Origin: Octopus bimaculoides | Taxonomy: Eukaryota | Direction of reading: 5' to 3' | Assembly: GCF_001194135.2 (NCBI RefSeq) | Contig: NC_068981.1 | Location: 5,010,251-5,059,730 of the forward strand | Length of the DNA: 49,480 nt | Shown here: piece after piece, positions 24,420 to 35,174 of the stretch | Layout of the letters: the number at the start of each line of letters is the position of its first letter | How positions within the stretch are numbered: position 1 is the first letter of the stretch | The notes under the pieces: model-generated | Databases searched by the model: none | The model's input: the letters and a program-made list of their open reading frames with translations, nothing else | Told to the model about the DNA's origin: nothing | Translations under genes and position numbers: made by a program

Positions 24420-25182
24420 CCTCATCTCCCCTTCACTTTCAAAATTTCTCCTTCAATTCAACTTAGAAAGTTATAAATAATGAAAGATTTGACAGTAAAC
24501 TAATGACAAACTAGTATTCTTTCACACCCACACACATATTTTATGTCGAGTTATGATGGAAAAAATTTATCAAACTGGAGGAGGACTCAATACCTTTCAA
24601 TAGCATACACATCTACAAACCTTTTACAAGGAAAACTGTCTGACAAAGGTGAGCAAGCGGAAACTTACTATGCATTCATTCATTTATTCTTTTCAGTCAT
24701 TTTACTGTAGCCATGCTGGAGCACCGCCTTTAGTCAAACAAATCGACCCCAGGACTTATTCTTTGTAAGCCTAGTACTTAATCTATCGGTGTCTTTTGCC
24801 GAACCGCTAAGTTTGGGATTTAAAGACACCAACATCAGTTATCAAACGATGGTGGGGGGACAAATACAGACACACACATATACTTATATACCGAATGTGG
24901 CCAATGCCAGGACCCCCTGAGTGGCTCCCGTGCCAGTGGTACATAAAAAGCACTATCTGAACGTGGTCAATGCCAGTGCCGCCTGATTGGCTCCTGTGCC
25001 AGTGGCACATAAAAAGGACCCTCTACACTCTCAGAGTGGTTGGCGTTAGGAAGGGCATCCAGCTGTAGAAACTCTGCCAGATCAGATTGGAGCCTGGTGC
25101 AGCCACTGGCAATCCAGACCTCAGTCAAACTGTCCAACCCATGCCAGCATGGAAAACAGACGTTAAACAATGATGATGATTG

Positions 25183-25225
<43 letters not shown>

Positions 25226-25703
25226 TACGACGGGCTTCTTTCAGTTTCCATCTACCAAATCCACTGACAAGGCTTTGATCGGCCCGAGGCCATAGTAAAA
25301 GACACTTGCCCAAGGTGTCACGCAGTGGGAATGAACCCAGAACAATGTGGTTGTGAAGCAAGCTACTTACCACACAACCACTCCTGCACTACTTGTTTCA
25401 GTCATTAGAGTGCAGCCATGCTGGCGCACCATCTCAAATTTTAGTCAAACAAATCAACTAATTTTTTGTTAAGCCTGTTACTTATTCCTTCATTCTTTTT
25501 TTTTTTGCCAAACCACTTAGTTATGGGGACACAAACAAACCGATCCCAGTTATCAGGTGGTGTGGGGAGGACAGAGACACGTACATGACAGATTTTTCTC
25601 AGTTTCCATTCTATCAAATCACTCTTATATCATGTGACAACTCCCTGTATCATTAATACCCCAATTAAATAATTAAATTAATTTTTGTTAATTCTATTTC
25701 CAG

Positions 25704-25830
25704 ATTACAACTTTGAAGCTGACCAAACTTTTAAAACTTTCGAAAGATGGGTGTGATGAGAATTTCAGGAGTGCCCAAGCACAACGTAACCTTTGTATCA
25801 TATTAGGGTGTTTGGCAGAAAAAATGGCTG
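25704..25830 (+). CDS. RSPRY1: RSPRY1 coding exon, ITTLKLTKLLKLSKDGCDENFRSAQAQRNLCIILGCLAEKMA(G)
   Basis: Acceptor atttccag| and donor |gtaagt; 127 nt, phase 0 to 1. Matches the RSPRY1 motif HRNTSAVLGCLAEKLAG. Not in the ORF track. Confidence 0.93.
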
Positions 25831-26584
25831 GTAAGTGGAAATTTACGACATTGAGGGATGGATTGCAAGTGAGCCGGGGGAGGTGGGGGTAATTAGTACT
25901 TTAAGAGGAAGAACACGTCTCGTTAGAAACAACAATGATATAGCTGGATGCTTTTAGATTTTAGGGTGTTGGGCTTTGTAAATGAAATGATACAGATTTG
26001 AGGCACAAGATCATCATTTAACATTTGTTTCCCATGATGGCATGGATTGTATAAATTTTACAAGAGCTGGCAAGCCAGAGAGTAGTGGCAAGCTCTGTTG
26101 TCCGTTTTGGTTTCTTACAACTTGATGCCCTTCCCAATAGCAACTACTTTACAGAATGTACTGGGTGCTCTTTTCATGGCACCAACAGGGTCACCAAGTA
26201 ACTTGCAGGACAATACAAAGTCCCCTCAAGTGGGAAGAAGAGTAGTTTTAGGTGGGGTGGCTTTGTGCCAGTTGAGAAGTTAAAAGAATAAGAGATGGAG
26301 ACGGGTCTCTTACTGTAGAAGAGATACAAGAATATTCCAGTTGGAGGGAAGGAGAGGCTTAGACAGATAGAGAGGGAGAGAGGGAGAAGGAGAGTGGGGA
26401 TGTCAGGACATACCCTCAAGGTATGGGGGGGAGGAGGTGAATATTGGTGAAGTGATACGCAGTGGGGGCAGAGGAGAAAGAGAGGCAAGTTTAGTGATGA
26501 GGAGTGAGAGACACATGGGAGGGGAAATAATTTGGTGGATCAATGGGGGGGGGGGACAGATGATCAATGTAAAGTGAGGATGGA

Positions 26585-27200
26585 GAGCGTGTGTTTGTGT
26601 CTCCTTGTCTTGACATTGTGTGATGGTTGTAAATGAGTGTCCCTGTCATACAAACAGTGGCATTCATTTCCAGTCTTCTATGAAAAGCATGTCTAGCCAT
26701 GGGGAAATAGCAAACCTGGGCACCAGTCTGTTAATCGGTAATTAAAGAAGTTAACATTTTTGTTAACAATTTAACTTTTAAGTTAACTTTGAAAATCATT
26801 ATCAGACTAATTAACTTCCGTTACATTTAAGTTCCGTTAACTTACGTTAACTTCAATTGAATAGAAGTGAACAGATTTTATATTTTTGGCACCTTTTAAA
26901 GGTGTTTTTAGAGCAAAAATTGATTTTTCTTTTTTTTTTCTACAATAAAAATTAACAGTTTATCGATAACTTCTGTTACATTTCTAAAGAATCAACTGAT
27001 TAATGGTTATTGAAGTTAACTTTTTGGTTAACAAAGTTAATTTTTCAATTAATGGTGCCCACCTTTGGGAAATAGTACGTTGCTCGGAAACAGGTGAAGG
27101 TTGGTAACAGGAAGAGCATCCAGCTGCAGAAAATCTGCTTTAATAAAAACTCCATCTGGCCCTTACAAGCATGAAAGAGTGGGTGTTAAAATGACAAGGA
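26585..27200 (+). mobile_element. Family C SINE-like repeat interrupted by a hAT MITE
   Basis: GTGTCTCCTTGTCTTGACATT...GGGGAAAT...GGTTGGTAACAGGAAGAGCATCCAGC. Related copies at 30130-30340 (-), 35340-35590 (+) and 40835-41030 (-). Confidence 0.65.
26711..27067. mobile_element. hAT-type MITE with 8-bp TSD
   Basis: TIRs CAAACCTGGGCACCA / TGGTGCCCACCTTTG. Perfect 8-bp TSD GGAAATAG at 26703-26710 and 27068-27075. Interior rich in GTTAAC motifs. Confidence 0.9.
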
Positions 27201-27229
27201 CGTGAGTAAAAAAAAAAAAAAAAAAACTG

Positions 27230-27520
27230 GCACTCCATCAGTTACAATGACGGGTCCAGTTGACCTTATCAACCGAACAACCTGCTCATGAAATTAACAT
27301 GCAAGTGGCTGAGTACTCCACAGACACGTACCTTTTACATAGTTCTCGGGGAGGTTCAGTATGATACATAATGTGACAAGGCTGACCCCCTCTGAATTAC
27401 AGGTATCTGGAGCAACAGGAAATAAGGTGTCTTGCTCAAGGACCCAATGCTCTGCCAGGTATTGAACTCATGACCTTACAGTCATGAGCCAAACACCCTA
27501 ACCACTAAACCAGGCACCTT
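27230..27520 (-). mobile_element. tRNA-derived SINE, family E
   Basis: Minus strand TGGTTTAGTGGTTAGG (A box), GAGTTCAATACC (B box) and TCCTTGAGCAAGACAC. Relatives at 12440-12660 (-), 41298-41590 (+) and 47640-47815 (-). Confidence 0.7.
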
Positions 27521-29101
27521 CCCAATGATGAAGCGATGTTGATGCAACTTCAATATCTCTTCAGGAACTCTACCGGTTTCCATGCTATTTCTATTTGTTT
27601 AATTTTATTAATTTTATTTTTGTTTATAATTGCAAACTCCGGACATAAACTTCAACTTCATTTTTTTTTCCTTTTTATTGGGGTCTCCCCCCTTTTTTTT
27701 GTATGTATTGCCAAAAACCTTTTTCTACCTTTTTTTTACTTATTGTTTTAGAAATACATTTCTCCATTTTCTTTGTCTTTTACCATTCATGACATCTTTA
27801 TTTCTTCTCTCTCTTTCTTCCTTCCAACCACTTCTATTTATTTTCTTTTTTTTTTCTCTCTTTACCCCTCTCTATTCTGATTTATTCCAACTTTTCTCTT
27901 TCTCCCCTCCCCCCTCACTCTTATTCTGTTCCATGTTCTCCTTCTCACACTGACCCCCCCCCACCTACTNNNNNNNNNNNNNNNNNNNNNNNNNNCCTAC
28001 TCCCATTAAACTTTCCACACCCCCACCCACTCTTCCAATAATTTTTCCTCCTCCTCCTCCTCTTCTTTGAAACTCGATGTGAGAATCAACAAAATAAATT
28101 GACATCTTTGGAAATGGAATTAATTCCAGAAACCAGAAGACAACCATTAAGGAAAACATTTGATAAATTGAATTCCATCACCGAGAAATAAAGCAGCAAT
28201 AACATTTTATTATGTGGCATTTCCAATTCAGCCGTGTGTGTGTGTGTGATTGTTTTGGTCTTTTTAGTTGAATGAACTGAGCCCAGGACTTATTCAATCA
28301 GTCTTGTTTGCCAAACTGTTAAGTCAGATGGATGTAAACACACAAACACTGGTTGTCAAGCAGTGGTGGGAAAGAAACATAGACTCTAAAACATACACAC
28401 ACGCACATATACACATACATAACAAGCTTCTTTCAGTTTCCGTCTACCAAATCCACTCACAAAGGCTTTGGTCAGCTTGGTGCTGTAGTAGAAGACTCTT
28501 GCTCAAGGTGTCCCGCAGTGAAACTGAACCCGGAATCATGTGATTGGGAAGCAGTCTTCTTACCACACAGTCACAGAGCTGTGTCAGGTCCCATTATCAG
28601 CTTTGGCAGGGTTTCAATAGCTGAATGCCCTTCCAAATGCCAACCACTGTACATCTGCCTATATTATTGGTTTTGACTTTTTGGCACAAGGCCAGCAATT
28701 TTTAGGGAAGGGAGTAAGTCGGTTACATTGACTTCAACAGAATGTAAAGAACCACAGGCAATTCCTCGAAGCGTTACCAATTCTGCCAGTTCACCATCTT
28801 GGTAAGTGAATGAATAAAACAGGAGGGGAAAAAATAATTTAGACATGAAGGCGATGAATGGGAAGTGAGGTTGGTCTTTTGCATAGAAATGGATGATTGG
28901 CCATTAAACATGAAAGAATTACTTTATATGACTGACAAATAACAAATCATTAATCACTGTCATGATCAAAGAATGATGGGATTATACAAGGAGGTTTGAA
29001 CAGAGGGCATGGATTTATGTCAGGGACCTGGTTGCAGAGGTGTGACAACTTTTTTGGAACATCAGATTATATAGGAATGTTAAAAAATAAACACAATTAA
29101 A

Positions 29102-29323
29102 TATGAGGGGGTGCTGAAAAGTTTCTGCCTTTAAGGGTATTGTGAAAGGCCTGGCTGGAGGCCTAACCTTCCGAGTTCTTTTGCAGGGCTTAGATAAACT
29201 GAAGGGCCTCTGTAATAAGTGTGTGAATCTGAGAGGGGAATATGTTTAATAAAATCATAACTAACTGATTTTCCTGTATTTTCTTTCACCCAAAGCCAGG
29301 AACTTTTCAGTACCCACCTCATA
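29102..29323 (+). mobile_element. Mariner-type non-autonomous element
   Basis: TIRs TATGAGGGGGTGCTGAAAAGTTTCTG / CAGGAACTTTTCAGTACCCACCTCATA with TA ends. Retains the transposase C-terminus LDKLKGLCNKCVNLRGEYV*. Confidence 0.85.
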
Positions 29324-29329
29324 TAACCT

Positions 29330-29520
29330 GTTGTGTGGGTGTTTAAATAGCTTCTATGGTTCTTCTCTGGTGTAATTGTTGTATTCATCGTTTCATACTC
29401 TTCCTTTACTATTCTTCTGATGAAGGACTAGTGCCCAAAATGTCAAGACTCCCCCTCTTTTTAAGCTTTAAACTAATACAATGTGTTAAAACTTACCCTT
29501 CCTGTGTTGTCTGTTGACCA
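29330..29520 (+). mobile_element. PLE-terminus-like repeat with a degenerate hammerhead (29413-29448)
   Basis: TCTT-CTGATGA-A-GGAC TAGT GCCC-AAAA-TG-TC-AAGA; stem I TCTT/AAGA, GUC triplet, G12 lost. Confidence 0.55.
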
Positions 29521-30984
29521 TTTTTNNNNNNNNNNNNNNNNNNNNNNNNNNNNNNNNNNNNNNNNNNNNNNNNNNNNNNNNNNNNNNNNNNNNNNNNNNN
29601 NNNNNNNNNNNNNNNNNNNNNNNNNNNNNNNNNNNNNNNNNNNNNNNNNNNNNNNNNNNNNNNNNNNNNNNNNNNNNNNNNNNNNNNNNNNNNNNNNNNN
29701 NNNNNNNNNNNNNNNNNNNNNNNNNNNNNNNNNNNNNNNNNNNNNNNNNNNNNNNNNNNNNNNNNNNNNNNNNNNNNNNNNNNNNNNNNNNNNNNNNNNN
29801 NNNNNNNNNNNNNNNNNNNNNNNNNNNNNNNNNNNNNNNNNNNNNNNNNNNNNNNNNNNNNNNNNNNNNNNNNNNNNNNNNNNNNNNNNNNNNNNNNNNN
29901 NNNNNNNNNNNNNNNNNNNNNTTTTTTTTTTTTTTTTTTTTTTTTTTAGTAAGTATCTTTGGACTTTGTTAATAACTGATTCCATCATTTCACTGATTCT
30001 AATGAATTGGTGGACTTATTTGAGTAGCATAATCAAAAATGTCTTGTGGTATTTCTTCTAGCTCTTTATGCTCTAAATTCAAACCCTGCCAAGATCAACT
30101 TTGCTCTCATCCCTCCTGGGGTCATCATCATCATTGCTGTTTAACATCAACTGTTCCCTCCTTGCATGGGTTGGACAGAGTTTATTGAGGCAGGTTTTCT
30201 ATGGTTGGGTGCCCTTCCTGTGGCCAACCCTTAGCTGTTTCTCAATGGTCAGGTCTGATTTCACAGAATATCTGGAATGAATGACACTGCCTGTAAGACG
30301 GTGAAACTCATTTACAACTATCATACGATGTCAAAACAAGGAGACCCAAACATACACACATATACATATATTATATATATAAAAAAAAAACAGGCTTCTT
30401 TCAGTTTCCATCATCCAAATCCACTCACAAGGCTTTGGTTGGCCCAAAGCTATAGTACAAGACACTTCCCCAAGGTGCCATACAGTGGGACTGAACCTGA
30501 GACCATGTGGTTGAGAATCCACACCATTCTAGGCAAATTCTTAGCTTGATGTAATCAACCGTTCCCCCTCTCCTCAAAATTGCTGGCCTTGTCCCTAAAT
30601 GAGAAGCCCCTATTTGAGTGATGTTGATGCTAAGTGACAATTCCAATATTTAGTGGGATCAGTTCTAGGGTCCTTCTTACATCCAAGAATCACAACTAAT
30701 TTCTTTCACTCATTTGGCAATACACTACAAAGGTAAGCACAGGTGAAAACAGATGACACAAAAGGTTGGTTCGTTTTGAATGTCATTTCTTCATTCTTGG
30801 TTTTCGTTTCAAGTCTGTGACTTTGTCAGCGTTCAATTTCCACATCCTTTTCATGAATGTCTGTTTTGTGTTGGAAATTCCACTCTGTCATACCAGTGCC
30901 AGATTGTGATTGGTCGAATTCTGTGACTTTTGAATAAGCATTGTTTCTGTTTCGTAACCTAATCTGTATTCTTTGACTTTTCAG

Positions 30985-31048
30985 CACTCCGATTCCCCCG
31001 TTGTCATACTTCATTCCATTATAGCCATGGAGAAATTTGCAGAAACTA
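30985..31048 (+). CDS. RSPRY1: RSPRY1 coding exon, HSDSPVVILHSIIAMEKFAET(S)
   Basis: Acceptor ttttcag| and donor |gtgagt; 64 nt, phase 0 to 1. Matches HPTVMLFALIALEKFAQTS. Its last A plus GT of the next exon gives Ser in frame. Confidence 0.92.
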
Positions 31049-31254
31049 GTGAGTGTTACCATTATATTCCTTACTTACCCTCCCTTTCCACCCAATAATG
31101 CTTAACAAGTCTCTATATAATATTTTCTACTCTAGGCACAAGTCTACCTCGGTGGAATTTGAACTCAGAACATAAACACTGACAAAATACAGCCAAGCAT
31201 TTCACCTGGCATGCTATCATTTCTGCCAGCTCACCGCCTTAGAATGAAGCAAAT

Positions 31255-31460
31255 ATTCTTTTCTGCTCAAGGCACAAAATTTTGGGGGAAGGGCGAGTTG
31301 ATTAGATCGACACCAGTACGCAACTGGTACTTAATTTATCAACCCCGAAAGGATGAAAAGCAAAGTCGACCTTGGTGGAATTTGAACTCAGAACATAACG
31401 ACAGACAAAATACCGCTAAGCATTTCTCTCGGTGTGCTAACGATTCTGCTTTACAAATCT
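31255..31460 (-). mobile_element. tRNA-derived SINE, family D
   Basis: GGTCGACTTTGCTTTTCATCCTTTCGGGGTTGATAAATTAAGTACCAG module on the minus strand. Further copies at 28670-28800, 31125-31240, 31615-31830 (-) and 38420-38650 (+). Confidence 0.7.
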
Positions 31461-32210
31461 GTATACAATATGTGGTCAAAGGGTTTCACATTAATTCATT
31501 GAAAAGGACACATTAGACAATGTAGATGTATCTTTATTCACTATGTCTAATGTAAAGAAGGGATGGTCATCTCAGGAATATCTCTGGCCACAGATCTATA
31601 TCTACAATAACAATAGTAGTTTCAAATTTTTTGGCACAAGGCCAAATATTAGGGGTGGAAGGGGCTAGTCGATTACATTGACCCCAGTACTCAACTGGTA
31701 CTTATTTCATCGACCTCGAAAGGGTGAAAGGCAAAGTTTAACCTCAGCAGGATTTGAATTCAGAATGTAAAGACAGATGAAATGCTACCAGTGTGATACC
31801 GATTCTGCCACCTCACTACCTTCATTTTCATCATCATCATCATTATCATCATCGTCGTCATCAGGCAATGTCCATTTTCCATGCTGGCATAGGTTGGACA
31901 GCTTGATCTGAAGCTGTCCAGACTTCAATCGTCTGTTTTGGCATGGTTTCTATGGCTGGATGCCCTTCCTAATGCCAACCACTTAAGTGTGCTGGGTGCT
32001 TTTTACGTGCCACTAGTATGGGTACGTTTACGCGGCACTGGCACAGGTGCTTTTCATATGGCACCAGCACCTGAAAGAACAAGCCTGTATGTGTAGAAGA
32101 CAGCGTTTTTCTTCTTTTTTTTTTTTAATTTATTAAATAATTGTATTGAATAAAAATAATACTAAATATTGATATTAAATCAATACTAACAAAAGTGTTA
32201 AAAATATCCA

Positions 32211-32242
<32 letters not shown>

Positions 32243-32316
32243 TGTATTAGATAATAACTAAATACAATATTAACAATCTTTACATTTATTTTTTTTTTTT
32301 TTAATTTTTATTCTAG

Positions 32317-32457
32317 GTGAAAACAAAATCACTATAAACAAAGTGCTCCAATCAGATCCAAAGAACTTATTGATTTCTTTAGAGAAATGGTACCGCTGTC
32401 CTCAAGCAGAAAAACGGGAAGTTGGCTTTTGTGCACAGTGGTTATTAGATAATCTTT
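32317..32457 (+). CDS. RSPRY1: RSPRY1 coding exon, (S)ENKITINKVLQSDPKNLLISLEKWYRCPQAEKREVGFCAQWLLDNL(F)
   Basis: Acceptor ttctag| and donor |gtatgt; 141 nt, phase 1 to 1. Matches ENKLTI...KRQVGFCAQWSLDNLF. Confidence 0.95.
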
Positions 32458-33185
32458 GTATGTATTTCTTCACTTTTTTTTTTTTTAATGGTTTTCTTTT
32501 TTTTTTTTACTCTTTTTTTTTTCACACTAGTATTTCATTGATGAATGTTCAACGACATACAAATTGCTATTTTAAACTCACTGACTTGTTTCACAAATGT
32601 TTTTGGAATGGTTCCAATAGTAATGAGTCAAGTCTGGAAATTAAACATGATGAACAGATTGAAAAGAAAATAAACTGAAGAATTCATTTCTGCAGACTGA
32701 TACTTGTCTGTATTACAGGACTATTTGAAATGAAGTTGCTTAATTTATATATATGTAAGATGGCTGTCCACTCATGACCACAAAAAGACCATCACTGACC
32801 AATAATTATTACACAAGAGATTATTACACCAGCGGTCAGCTTCACGCAGGTTCGTCTCCATGGTTTCCATGCCTGTCATTGTGCCTTCCTACTCAACCGA
32901 GCATCAGATAGTTGCCTCGCTGATAATTTCACAACCCCCAAATTTTAGGTACAAAAAGGCCTGTGTAGCACCTCACACACCTTTATTCACCCTACTGACA
33001 TGACCCAGAGCAAAATATCCAATGCCAACGAAATGGGTTGCAGGCTCAGGAATGTAGGCGTGCCATGATCTCAAGTGCAAACAAAAGATCCCAGGAATGT
33101 CTAATGCCATTCCTTGCATATCAGGTTTTATATTGGTGACCTCCTAGAGACATGCTTTAACAAAAGCTAAGGGTGCCTCACACCC

Positions 33186-33188
<3 letters not shown>

Positions 33189-33258
<70 letters not shown>
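33189..33258. repeat. (AT)n microsatellite
   Basis: Direct inspection, about 35 units. Confidence 0.97.
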
Positions 33259-33260
<2 letters not shown>

Positions 33261-33561
33261 GTGTGTATCATCATCGTTTAACATCCGCCTTCCATGCTAG
33301 CATGGATTAGACGATTTGACTGAGGACTAGTGAACCAGATGGCTACACCAGGCTTCAATCTGATCTGGCAGAGTTTCTACAGCTGGACACCCTTCCTAAC
33401 GCCAACCACTCCGAGAGTGTAGTGGGTGCTTTGACATGCCACTGGCACGAGGGCCAGTCAGGCGATACTGGCAATGGCCACACTCAAAATGGTGTTTTTT
33501 ACGTGCCACCTGCACAGGAGCCAGTCCAGCAGCACTTGCAACGACCTCGCTCAGATGCTTT

Positions 33562-33846
33562 TTCATACAAAAACTTCTTTCTCTGTTAACCTGTGATTCC
33601 ACTGCACCTCTTATGTGTCCATAGCTTGCACTGGGTGCAATGAATGGAATTCCTTCCAACACCCTTCCTACATATTAAGTGGAGCCATTTACCTGGTAGA
33701 AAGAGTCTTACCTGCTTTCTTAAAGACTTTGGCCTTCACCAGGTTAACCTTTAATGGCTTTTGATTTCAAGTTTTGCTTCCATCCCTGCTACAGATTCTG
33801 CTATAAGAACAAGGTCATCAACATATAGTAGTTCCTATGGGTAGCC
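33562..33846 (-). mobile_element. RTE-type LINE RT fragment with YxDD motif and downstream Cys/His finger
   Basis: Minus strand GYP*ELLYVDDLVLIAES...ICRKGVGRNSIHCTQCKLWTHKRCSGIT, frameshifted. Confidence 0.85.
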
Positions 33847-33951
33847 AGTCTGAAATTTCTGTTATGGCCTGGACAATTATGATGAACAAGTGGAGACGTA
33901 GAAAATTACTATTTTTAAATCTCGCAACAAGAGATATTCAGCAACAGTACT

Positions 33952-34417
33952 TTGTAGTAAAAATTGTTTGCCAACATAACATGGCAGTCCTGGTTTAGGA
34001 CGAATGTTGCTGCAATTTAGCCTCAGGAGACATCGTCTCCAGCTGGCTATACGACACGATCTGTGTCCTTATAGTTACCCCCACTCAGTTCTCATTGTTA
34101 GATTTAAAAATAATAATTTTCTAATTTATAGATCAGTGACCAGTTGTCACTTTGAAAACTATATATTTCGAATCGGAATTTGGCAGCGCCACCTCTAGCC
34201 GAACATTTATTCTGTGCTGATGAAGGGAAATAACCCAGAAATCGTAATACACAGATATTGTTTAGAGCTGAGTGGGGGTACTAGATTCCCTTGTTTGAAA
34301 ATATAAGGACACAGATTATGTCGTATAGCCAGATGATGTCTCCTGGGGCTAAATTACAGCAACGTTCGTCCTAAACCAGGACTGCCATGTTATGTTGGCA
34401 AACAATCTTTACTACAA
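33952..34417. repeat. Foldback-like inverted repeat (arms about 120 bp) enclosing a hammerhead motif
   Basis: 33952-34072 is the near reverse complement of 34303-34417. An extra inverted segment links 34072-34093 with 34265-34283. Confidence 0.85.
34211..34255 (+). ncRNA. Minimal type I hammerhead motif, core intact
   Basis: TCTGTG-CTGATGA-A-GGG AAATAA CCC-A-GAAA-T CGTA A-TA-CACAGA. 6-bp stem I, 3-bp stem II, 2-bp stem III, AUA triplet. Confidence 0.55.
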
Positions 34418-34499
34418 GAGGTGACTTAATTGTATATATTGTGATTTATAGAGACAAAATATTTCTATATACTCTTGAATGTAGATGTATAAAAATATA

Positions 34500-34739
34500 T
34501 ACAGGGTGGCCCAAAAGTAGGTTTGCCGTTATCACATAGGCACTTTAAATTTCTTTTAAAACATTTTATTACATTTAAATTTCTATCTTGCAAACTGAAA
34601 AGGGAGCTTGACAAAATTAACTAAATTAGCATAGAATAATAGTTTCATGTTTTTTTTACAATTAAGATCTAAACTGTTAATATATGAATGCGAAAGAGAT
34701 AGTTGAATAACTGTAAACCTACTTTTGGGACACCCTGTA
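34500..34739. mobile_element. Tc1/mariner-type MITE
   Basis: TIRs TACAGGGTGGCCCAAAAGTAGGTTTGCCGTTAT / ATAACTGTAAACCTACTTTTGGGACACCCTGTA with TA ends; AT-rich noncoding interior. Confidence 0.88.
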
Positions 34740-35138
34740 TGTATATATNNNNNNNNNNNNNNNNNNNNNNNNNNNNNNNNNGTAATTAATGTTTTCTCTT
34801 TTCTATTTCCAACTTCCTGCAACTTTTCAACTCATAAAATGGTTTCCAGTCATTGTAGAGGTAAGAACTACAAGTTGTTTCGTTTTGCGGGGTGGGGAGT
34901 GCATGTAAATGTATTCCTGCAACTGTGTGCATAGATGTAAGTATATGTGTGTGAGTGACCACCGCCAGCTGGAGAATGTGTGCACCACCACCACCACCAC
35001 CACCTTTCCCCACACAAATTTATAATTCAATAAGAAAATTCATTTGTGATTAAATATTTTAAATATTTAAAGCTAACAAACTGGAAAGATCATTTATGTT
35101 CAAATAAAAACTTTTACACTGAATAACTGATGCCAGTC

Positions 35139-35174
<36 letters not shown>

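Noticed and set aside
27535-28190. Phe/Leu-rich ORFs and a short open frame (ETRCENQQNKLTSLEMELIP...)
   Set aside because: Low-complexity pyrimidine tract, possibly an old LINE remnant; I cannot assign it.
28758-28801. Phase-compatible pseudo-exon (cacag|GC AAT...ATC TTG|gtaagt) that could fill the missing RSPRY1 exon
   Set aside because: Peptide GNSSKRYQFCQFTIL shows no resemblance to the expected segment, and the sequence belongs to a family D SINE.
30669-30732. ttctag|GGTCC...AAAG|gtaagc exon-like segment
   Set aside because: It would end in phase 2, incompatible with the phase 0 start of 30985, and the peptide is not RSPRY1-like.
34184-34202. CTCF-like AGGTGGCGCTG motif (minus strand)
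   Set aside because: The 5' half of the consensus does not match; too weak alone.
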